NCBI GenBank assembly: GCA_963755915.1
Contig: CAVWLP010000002.1
Coordinates: 2,784,001-2,848,000, forward strand
Origin: an uncultured Phycisphaerales bacterium
GTDB lineage: Bacteria > Planctomycetota > Phycisphaerae > Tepidisphaerales > Tepidisphaeraceae
DNA: 64,000 bases
Direction: 5' to 3'
Shown here: piece by piece, positions 56,367 to 64,000 of the stretch
How positions within the stretch are numbered: position 1 is the stretch's first letter
Layout of the letters: each line of letters begins with the position of its first letter
Notes under the pieces: generated by a model
Databases searched by the model: none
What the model was told of the DNA's origin: nothing
The model's input: the letters and a program-made list of their open reading frames with translations, nothing else
Made by a program: the position numbers and the translations under genes

Positions 56367-56386
56367 GAATAAATCCGCTCCGCCTC

Positions 56387-56457
56387 AGTTACGAGTTGCG
56401 AGCAAAGTTGAGGGCATTTACTCGCAACTCGCAACTCGTAACTCGCAACTCGCAACT
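56387..56457. repeat. 7-bp (ctcgcaa) tandem/inverted element between divergent genes
   Basis: agttacgagttgcgag ... ctcgcaactcgcaactcgtaactcgcaactcgcaact. Confidence 0.8.
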
Positions 56458-56476
56458 TTTCCAATACAATGCAGTT

Positions 56477-57466
56477 ATGTCCCTCTATCCATTGAAATTC
56501 AAGCCGCGCTACGTGCAGAAAATGTGGGGCGGGCGGAAACTCGAATCAATCCTTAACAAAAGTCTCCCCACCGGCCCCATCGGTGAGAGCTGGGAGCTGT
56601 ACGATTTCCCGCCCGATGTCGTTGAGAATTCGTCGAACTGGATCAGCAGCGTAGTGGCCGAAGGCCATCTCGCCGGCCTCACGCTTCACGAGCTGGTCGA
56701 GCGCTATGGCCGCGACCTCACCGGCGACGTTCCCGTCATCGCGCCGCACGGCCAGTTCCCCATCCTCATCAAATTTCTCGATGCCCGCGAAGACCTTTCC
56801 ATCCAGGTCCACCCCGATGCCGCCTACTGCAAGGCCCACCCCGGCGCCCACCTGAAAAACGAAGCCTGGTATATCGTCCAGTCCGACAAAGGTTCACGCA
56901 TTCTTAAAGGCCTCAAGCCGGGCACGACGAGAAATGATTTCGCCCAAAAACTCCAGGGCGGCTCCGTCGAATCGATCATCAATTCGATCCCCGTCCAACC
57001 CGGCGACTGCTTTTACCTCCCCAGCGGCACCGTCCACGCCCTGGGGGCCGGCATTCTTGCCGCCGAGGTCCAGACCCCCAGCGATACCACATACCGAGTG
57101 TTCGATTTCAACCGGATTGACCCCTCGACGGGAAAGGTGCGCACCCTCCACATCGAGCAGGCGATGGATTGCATCGACTTCACCACGCCGCCACACGAGC
57201 ATCATCCGATGGGACAATTGCTCGCCAGATGCGAACATTTCTCCATCCGCAAGCTTCTAGCCCAGCCGGGCAAAAACTTCCACATCGAGAACGGGCCCGT
57301 CGTCCTCATGGTCATTGAAGGCTCCGGCCAGCTCTTCACGTCTGGTGGCACGACGGAGTTCAAAGCCGGTGAGACGATTTTGTTGCCCGACATCATCAAA
57401 CAACGCGTCGGCGACGCGGAAACTAACGCGGTGCTCCTTGAAGTAGTCTTGGGCAATAGAGAATGA
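56477..57466 (+). CDS. Type I mannose-6-phosphate isomerase
   Basis: MWGGRKL, IGESWEL, LIKFLDAREDLSIQVHP, KNEAWY, GTVHALG, EVQTPSDTTYRVFD. Confidence 0.92.
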   Translation: MSLYPLKFKPRYVQKMWGGRKLESILNKSLPTGPIGESWELYDFPPDVVENSSNWISSVVAEGHLAGLTLHELVERYGRDLTGDVPVIAPHGQFPILIKFLDAREDLSIQVHPDAAYCKAHPGAHLKNEAWYIVQSDKGSRILKGLKPGTTRNDFAQKLQGGSVESIINSIPVQPGDCFYLPSGTVHALGAGILAAEVQTPSDTTYRVFDFNRIDPSTGKVRTLHIEQAMDCIDFTTPPHEHHPMGQLLARCEHFSIRKLLAQPGKNFHIENGPVVLMVIEGSGQLFTSGGTTEFKAGETILLPDIIKQRVGDAETNAVLLEVVLGNRE

Positions 57467-57480
57467 CGATCCGTGGGAAC

Positions 57481-57548
57481 GTGTGAAGGTAAGAAGGTGT
57501 GAAGGTGTGAATTGACCTTCTTACCTTCTTACTTTCTCACCTTCGCAC
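57481..57548. repeat. Family E hairpin (8-bp gtgtgaag/gtaagaag units) overlapping the GT41 stop
   Basis: gtgtgaaggtaagaaggtgtgaaggtgtgaa ... ccttcttaccttcttactttctcaccttcgcac. Confidence 0.8.
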
Positions 57549-59640
57549 CACTCCTCCCACTTCCCCCGAAACGCCTTCTCGACTTCCCCCGCGAACCTCT
57601 TCCCATCCATCAGCGCCGACCCGCGCATGCGATGCCTCAGCGAAGCTCGCAACTCTGAAAGCCGATCCCAATCCCCCGCCAACTTGACTGCGATCTCCAC
57701 AAACTCCCCCTCCGTCTTCGCGACAAGTTCCCTCAACCCCAGATTCGAAAGCTGGCTAAACCCCGCGCACCCCACAACTGTCTTCCCAATCATCGTCACC
57801 ACCGGAACCCCCATCCACAGCGAATCCAAACTCGTCGTATGCCCGTTATACGGCAGCGTATCCAGCCCAATATCAATCCGATTATAAAATGCCAGATACT
57901 TCGCTCGCGATTGCCGCTGCACAAACTCCACCCGATCCCCCAGCGTCTTGCGCACCCAGTCCCGCCGCGGGCCCAGCGGGGACAGAATCACCATCCGCGA
58001 ATCCTTCACGCCATCCAGCACCCGCCTCCAAAGCTCCAGCAGCGGCTGATTCAACTTGCAAAAATTATTCAGACACCCAAACGTCACAAACCCATTTCGC
58101 GTGGCCGGCAATTCATTCACAGCGGGAATCTCCGGACCCTCGAGCGCTTCGCGATCCAGGCACCAGAATGTTTGTCCCAATCTCACGGATTTTTCGAAAT
58201 AGAATTCATCAAACTCACCGGGCGGATCCAGATACGGATCCGTCAGCCGATAATCCATCGCCTCCAGCCCGCTGGTTCCCGGATATCCCAGCCATGTCAC
58301 CTGCACCGGCGCCGGCTTACGCGCGAACAGGAGCATCCGGTTCTCCGCCATGTGCACCGTTAGATCGACGAGGATATCGATCCCATCCTGCCGGATCATC
58401 TCGGCGACAGCTTCGTCGCTCATCCCCACAATGCTTCGCCAATGATCCGCCCAGCCGCGGATTTTCGCCGTGGCCGCATCGGGCACTTTCACATCCGAGT
58501 AACAGAAAATCTCAAACTTCCCATGATCGTGATTCGAAAACAGGGGCGCTGTGAAAAATGCCTGGCAATGGCCCCAGAAATTTGGCGAAACATAGCCGAT
58601 CTTTAGCCGGCGATCCGGGGATCGATCGTTGGCAAACGACAATTCTTTCGGCGCAAATTTACCCGCCACCGCATCATTCCATTTGCGATGCTCGGCAAGA
58701 ATCCCCGCGGCATCGACATCCGGATGATAGTAGAGCGTATAAAGCCGATTACTGTGCGCCACCGAATAATCCGGCCGAATCTCCGTCGCCTTTTCAAACT
58801 GCGCGACCGATTCTTCGATCTGCGCACTCTGCCGAAATAAATTCCCCAGGTTGTTGTACCCATCGGGCGAGTTGGGCAGCATCCTGATCGCCGTCTGCGT
58901 CGCCTCGATGGCATCGTCGATCAGATCCTTCTCGTAGAGCGCCCGCCCCAGGTTATAATACGCCAGCGGATGCGCTCCCGCGGCCACCACGCGCCGCCAC
59001 ATGGCGATGGCCTCGTCCGTTCGGCCCATCGCCTGGTAGACATTCCCAAGATTATTCCCGATATCCGCCGGCGCCGGGGCCAGCTCCAGCGCCCGCTGAA
59101 AGCAGACGATTGCCCGCTGAAAAGAATCATTCCGTTTTTTGGCGGCCGCCTCCACGCCCGTCTCCCCATCCATCCGCGCCTCATGACCCTTGCGCCCAGC
59201 AGTTCCCGAGGTTGAAATAGACGCCCGCCTCCCGCGGTAAGAACCGCGCCGCGGATTCAAAACATTTGATGGCTTCGTCGATCTCCCCCATGTCCGCGTG
59301 GATGTTTCCCAGTTGGATCAGCGTCATCGGCAAATCGGGCTTCAGCGCAACCGCCCGGCGAAAAGCCTCCACCGCCTCGCGCCGTTTGCCCAAAACCAGC
59401 AACATAAACCCCAGATTATTGAAATAAACCGCCTCCCGCGGGTTCACCCCAATCGCTCGACGGACCATTTCCACGCCGTCGCCGGGCCGGCCCATTTTTG
59501 AAAGTGTGCAGCCCAGCAGATGCAGCGCATCCGCGTGCGAGGGATTCTTCGCGACGACCTCGCGAAAGAGCCTCTCGGCGTCCACAAGCCGCCCCGCGCA
59601 GGTGCTCCGTCGCCAGATTCATCGTCTGCTGGAAATCCAT
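57521..59640 (-). CDS. TPR + GT41 (SPINDLY/O-GlcNAc transferase-like) protein; frameshifts in the TPR region
   Basis: AHSNRL, RLKIGYVSPNFWGH, DILVDLTVHM, KPAPVQVTWLGYPGTSG, FGCLNNFCK, DTLPYNGHTTSLDSLWMGVPVV. Confidence 0.92.
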
Positions 59641-59657
59641 ATAGATTCACCCCAAGC

Positions 59658-61415
59658 CTACGCGGACGCATTCGCCCGCACAAACTCCCGCAGCGCCTTC
59701 CCCATCTCCAAGAATGGCGTGCGATTATCCCCTCGCTTCGGATCCTGGAACAGCCTCATCGTCGGATACCACGGCGAATCCGTCCGTTTGTACATCCACC
59801 GGAAATCCGCTGCCCACGGGATCTGGATCCACACCGGCTTGCCCAATGCCCCGGCGAGATGGGCCGTGGAAGTATCCACCGAGATCACCAGGTCCAGGTT
59901 CTGCACAAAAGCCGCGCTTTCCGCGAAATCGCTGAATTCGCCCGTGTAATCCGCCAGTTCCATTCCCGCCGGGGGAATCTGCCCGGCCTCCGCGCCCTTC
60001 TGCAAGCTAAAAAACTTGACGCCTTCGATCGCCGCCAGCGGTGCGTACACTTCAATCGATCGCGTTCGCGAATCGCCAGCCACTCCGGAGCTTCCCGCCC
60101 ACGCGAGCCCCACTTTCACCCTCTTCTCATCCGCCAGTCTCTCCGCCCATTTCTCGATCGCGTCCTTCGGCGGGAACAAATATGGCACCTTATTCGGAAT
60201 CGTCTCCTTCCGAATCTTTAAAATCCGCGGCAACCCCTGAAGCGGAATTCGCAAATCAAAATGCGGCAACTCCCCGCCGCGCGGAATCATCTCGGGCACC
60301 CCCGGCAAGCTCGAGAACAGCCGGATCAGTTCCGGCTGACACTCCAGCACCCACTTCGCGTTCCGGCCCGTCACCATCGGCGCCAGCCGGATGAAATTCA
60401 ACGCATCCCCAAATCCACCCTCCGTGTAAAGCAAAATCGTCTTTCCCCCTGGGTCGGACCCATCCCACTGCGGCTGCTTGAACGGCCGGTTAACACCCAA
60501 ACCCGGAATCCAAAACCGCCATTCGAATTCCTCCCACCCCTCCTCAAAATGCCCCAGCGCCAAAAGCACCCGGGCATAATTCCAATGCGCCCCCGAATAT
60601 CGCGGATCAGCCTTCACCGCCTTCCCCCAAGCGATCAGCGCCCCTTCGAGATCCCCATCCTCGAAATACATATTGCCGAGATTATTCTGAACGCCCTGGA
60701 AATTCGGATCGATCTGCACGGCTTTTCTGATCGCCTCCCATGCCTCTTCGTGCCGGCCAAGCTCGCGCAGCACCGCCGAGCGATTGCTGTGGAGCACCGC
60801 CAGCGACGGGTTCAGCGCCACGCATTTATCGAACGCATCAAGCGCTTCGATATGTCGCCCCGCCTCGGCCAGGGCTGCGCCGAGATCGAGCCAATAGCGC
60901 AAATCCCCCGGGGCAAGCCGTGTTCCCTGCTGAAGCTCCTCGACTGCGCGATTCGCCTTGCCTCCGCGCAAATACGCCGCCGCCAGTGATCCCCGGAATT
61001 CCGCCACGTCCGGCCGGAGTTTTACCGCTCTCTCGCCCGCCTCAATCGCCTGCGGATATTGTCCCAGCCCAGCGTGTAAGACGCACAGCCGCTCGTAGGT
61101 CGTGGCATCCAACGGCTCCAGTGCCGCGACTTTCCGAAACGCCTCAATCGCCGCCACATGCTGATTGGTCTGCTTATAGGCGAGGCCCAGGTTCCGATGA
61201 TAGGAAGCCGTCCCCGGCGAAAGCGCCGCCGCCCGGCGCAGCAGCTCTATCGCGATCCCCACCTGCCCTTTTTGCAGCAGCAACACCCCCAGGGCATTAA
61301 CCGTATCCGCGTGATTTGGCTGCCGCGCCAATATTTGCCGGTAGCCCAACTCCGCCTCATCGAGTCTTCCAACTCGATGCAACTGCACCAGCGTCTGGAG
61401 CACATCTCCGCTCAT
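59658..61415 (-). CDS. TPR + GT9-like glycosyltransferase domain protein
   Basis: TPR array, GWEEFEWRF, EGGFGDALNFIR, DLVISVDTSTAHLAGALG, WYPTMRLFQ. Confidence 0.9.
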   Translation of the reverse strand: MSGDVLQTLVQLHRVGRLDEAELGYRQILARQPNHADTVNALGVLLLQKGQVGIAIELLRRAAALSPGTASYHRNLGLAYKQTNQHVAAIEAFRKVAALEPLDATTYERLCVLHAGLGQYPQAIEAGERAVKLRPDVAEFRGSLAAAYLRGGKANRAVEELQQGTRLAPGDLRYWLDLGAALAEAGRHIEALDAFDKCVALNPSLAVLHSNRSAVLRELGRHEEAWEAIRKAVQIDPNFQGVQNNLGNMYFEDGDLEGALIAWGKAVKADPRYSGAHWNYARVLLALGHFEEGWEEFEWRFWIPGLGVNRPFKQPQWDGSDPGGKTILLYTEGGFGDALNFIRLAPMVTGRNAKWVLECQPELIRLFSSLPGVPEMIPRGGELPHFDLRIPLQGLPRILKIRKETIPNKVPYLFPPKDAIEKWAERLADEKRVKVGLAWAGSSGVAGDSRTRSIEVYAPLAAIEGVKFFSLQKGAEAGQIPPAGMELADYTGEFSDFAESAAFVQNLDLVISVDTSTAHLAGALGKPVWIQIPWAADFRWMYKRTDSPWYPTMRLFQDPKRGDNRTPFLEMGKALREFVRANASA

Positions 61416-61458
61416 TGATTTCGCCGGGGATAACCCGGCGCCCACCCCAAAATCGCGT

Positions 61459-61659
61459 TTACGTTTTTGAACTTCTGGAAATCATCCGCTCCGCCGCCTT
61501 CTCTGCCCTTCGCAAGCGGGTCTCCGGCTGCTTCGCCTCCATGATATGCTTGATGTATTCCCGCTGATGCGAAGGCGGCAACGCCTCAAACACCCGCCGC
61601 GCCTGCGGCTTCGCCGCAAGCACCGCCGACAGTTCCTTCGGGGGCGACGGTTCGATCAT
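61459..61659 (-). CDS. YdeI/OmpD-associated domain protein
   Basis: FEALPPSHQREYIKHIMEAKQPETRLRR. Confidence 0.85.
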   Translation of the reverse strand: MIEPSPPKELSAVLAAKPQARRVFEALPPSHQREYIKHIMEAKQPETRLRRAEKAAERMISRSSKT

Positions 61660-61704
61660 TGAATCTATCTTACCCGAAGGACTGCCATTTACGCGCGATA
61701 ATCA

Positions 61705-61742
61705 CTCCCCCATTCGGCATTTGGCAATCGGCAATCGGCATT
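61705..61742. repeat. Family F 7-bp arm
   Basis: ctcccccattcggcatttggcaatcggcaatcggcatt; matches 42875-42903. Confidence 0.85.
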
Positions 61743-61846
61743 CCCCCCCATCCTTTTCCCCCGTTTGACGCCAAGCCCACACCCCTCTAACATCTTCCCG
61801 TCTGTCCGCGGCGAGCCGTAGCCTTGCCGGACGAAGGACGTTCGGC

Positions 61847-62596
61847 ATGTTCGCCATTGTCAGCGATATACACGCCAATCTTGAGGCCTTTACCACCGTC
61901 CTCGCGGAGATCGACCGCCGGGGCATCCAGCACATCGTATGTCTCGGCGACATCATCGGATACGGCCCGAACCCGATGGAATGCCTCGACCTCGTTGCCA
62001 CCCGCTGTCGCGCCTCCCTCATGGGTAACCACGATTTCGCTGTCTTTTACGAGCCTTTCAATTTCAACCAGGGGGCTGAGCAGGCCTGTTATTGGACCCG
62101 AAAATGCTTTGAGTCCGACCCCGACCCCGCTCGCCGCGCCGCTCGATGGAAATTCCTGGGAAACCTCCCGGTCCGCATCCGAACCAACGATTTCGTCGCG
62201 GTCCATGCCTCCCCGCGGAGGCCTATCAACGAATACATTTTCCCCGACGACATTTATACGAATCCCGGCAAATTCGTCAGCATCTTCGAACGCTTCGACC
62301 ACCTCTGCTTCGTCGGCCACACGCACGTCCCCGGCGTATTCCTCGAAGGCCCGGATTTCTACAGCCCCGATGAGCTCGACTACAAGTTCGAGCTCACCCA
62401 GGAAAAAGCCATCGTCAACGTCGGCTCCGTCGGCCAGCCCCGCGACCGCGACCCGCGCACCAGCTTCGTCATCGTCACAGACACCCACCTCGAATTCGTC
62501 CGGCTCGTCTACGATGTCGATACCACCGTCAAAAAAGTCGAAGCCATCGACGAGCTCGACAATTTCCTCGGCAGCCGACTACTCGATGGAAGGTAA
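61847..62596 (+). CDS. Calcineurin-like metallophosphoesterase
   Basis: SDIHAN, LGDIIGYGP, GNHD, VHASP, GHTH, NVGSVGQPRD. Confidence 0.93.
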   Translation: MFAIVSDIHANLEAFTTVLAEIDRRGIQHIVCLGDIIGYGPNPMECLDLVATRCRASLMGNHDFAVFYEPFNFNQGAEQACYWTRKCFESDPDPARRAARWKFLGNLPVRIRTNDFVAVHASPRRPINEYIFPDDIYTNPGKFVSIFERFDHLCFVGHTHVPGVFLEGPDFYSPDELDYKFELTQEKAIVNVGSVGQPRDRDPRTSFVIVTDTHLEFVRLVYDVDTTVKKVEAIDELDNFLGSRLLDGR

Positions 62597-62633
62597 CCAA
62601 AACATTTTCTCCCCCGCGCGTCTTTCCCCTTTT

Positions 62634-62678
62634 TTTCCCCCGCCCCCGGTATTCCGGGGGAGGGCAGGGGAGGGGGTT
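62634..62678. repeat. Family D REP-like palindrome just upstream of yidC
   Basis: tttcccccgcccccggtattccgggggagggcaggggagggggtt. Confidence 0.88.
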
Positions 62679-62689
62679 AGCAACTACTC

Positions 62690-64000
62690 ATGACCACCAA
62701 ACAAACCATCCTCGGCATGACCGCAGTCTTCGTGCTCTGCATGGGCTATTACCTCTACCTCGACCTCAGGGTCTGGCCCAGCCATCCCGAGTGGTTCCGC
62801 ACCGAGACAACGCCCGATCAAACCGAATCTTCACCGCTGTCGTCCCAGCCTTCGACCACTTCAGTTTCCGCGTCCACTGTTCCCTCCACGCAATCTTCCA
62901 TTGCCCCCGCCACAATCCCTGCCGGGCTCCAGGCGCTCATAACCGTCCCCAGATTCGGTTCCGCCAAAATTGGTTCAACCCAACCGAGTGATCCCACTTA
63001 TGCGTTGGGAATGGAGGTCGATTCTCTCGCGGCCAGCCTCGACTCCGTCACCGTTAACTCCTACAAAAATATCGACGCCGACGGTCTGTATGTTTTCCAG
63101 CAGCCGATCGACCCCTCCAGCGCCGGCCCGCTCGCCACCGGGAACCTCTCGGTCGACGGCCAGACCATCAATCTCTCCCGCCAGATCTGGGGCCTCGAAT
63201 CCTCCTCGCGCGACTCTGCAACCTTCGGCCTCCAGATCAACGGCGCCGATCATAAACCGCTTCTCCACCTCACCAAGACTTTCCAGCTCAAAGCCCGCGG
63301 CCCCAGCTCCAATCGCGACCAGACGGCCGCCGGATATTTCACTGAAATCACTTACCACATTCAAAATTTATCCAGCAAAACCCTCGGTAATGTGCAGATC
63401 GACACCGCCGGGCCAACCATGCCTCCGCGCGAGATGGAACGATTTGACGACCGCACCGTCGTCTCCGGCTACGACCGCGGCGATCAGACCGTCGAATTCA
63501 GCCGCGACATGCTCTCCGAGTTCAAGCCCGAAAACGCCGACAAAGACATCACCGTCTACAAGGGATACAAATTCCTCTGGGCGGGAACGTCCAGCAACTA
63601 TTTCGCCGCCATCGTGCTTCCCGATAACGAAGGCGCGATGAGCCAGGTGCTGATCCACTGCCTGAACCCGCAGGCGCCGTCGGATGAGCGGATTGTCGAA
63701 ACCGACTTCGACAGCGCTGCCCTCTCCATCGCGCCCGGCGCGACGGCCGACCTGCCTTTGTCCGTCTTCTTCGGCCCCAAAGATCGCGGCCTGCTTGAGG
63801 GCGATTTCTATTCAAGCTTCCCGCGCTGTTTCAACCAGCTTCTTGGCACCTCCTCCAGCATGTGCGCCTTCTGCGCATTTCCCTGGCTCGTCGACGGTCT
63901 CGTCGATCTCCTTCGCGCCTTCCACTTCGTCCTGCGCGACTGGGGACTAGCGATCATCGCGCTGGTCGTGCTCGTGCGCGTCATCCTCCATCCCATCAGC
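62690..64000 (+). CDS. yidC: Membrane protein insertase YidC; 3' end outside the window
   Basis: ATG 62690, N-terminal TM (MTTKQTILGMTAVFVLCMGYYLYL), periplasmic WAGTSSNYFAAIV and FFGPK, ending in frame with DWGLAIIALVVLVRVILHPIS; absent from the ORF track. Confidence 0.88.
   Translation, partial: MTTKQTILGMTAVFVLCMGYYLYLDLRVWPSHPEWFRTETTPDQTESSPLSSQPSTTSVSASTVPSTQSSIAPATIPAGLQALITVPRFGSAKIGSTQPSDPTYALGMEVDSLAASLDSVTVNSYKNIDADGLYVFQQPIDPSSAGPLATGNLSVDGQTINLSRQIWGLESSSRDSATFGLQINGADHKPLLHLTKTFQLKARGPSSNRDQTAAGYFTEITYHIQNLSSKTLGNVQIDTAGPTMPPREMERFDDRTVVSGYDRGDQTVEFSRDMLSEFKPENADKDITVYKGYKFLWAGTSSNYFAAIVLPDNEGAMSQVLIHCLNPQAPSDERIVETDFDSAALSIAPGATADLPLSVFFGPKDRGLLEGDFYSSFPRCFNQLLGTSSSMCAFCAFPWLVDGLVDLLRAFHFVLRDWGLAIIALVVLVRVILHPIS

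Overview
GC-rich bacterial DNA whose gene content points to Planctomycetota, probably Phycisphaerae/Tepidisphaerales (inference from the LExRxxLS export signal, a DUF1559/H-X9-DG-type protein, PEP-CTERM proteins, a MoxR-DUF58-VWA-BatA operon and several TPR-glycosyltransferases). It holds about 50 protein genes, one tRNA-Lys(TTT) and one intact IS3-family element. Many genes, including argJ, rho, ilvA and moxR, are split by small indels; these look like long-read errors rather than real pseudogenes. Two real genes missing from the ORF track run off the window ends: an S53 peptidase (<1..1053, -) and yidC (62690..>64000, +). The most unusual signal is non-coding: about 20 palindromic elements built from 7-, 8- or 9-bp tandem units fill many intergenic gaps. 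One family occurs both 'loaded' (inverted repeats enclosing a four-helix-bundle/IVP-type gene inside an operon) and 'empty'. A 61-bp palindrome is nested at the same 4-bp site of these repeats three times, a 24-nt mini-insert is nested in two other repeat families, the IS3 sits inside another hairpin, and REP-like hairpins are embedded in frame in an orphan PglX-like methyltransferase. Together these suggest a nested system of hairpin-targeting mobile elements.
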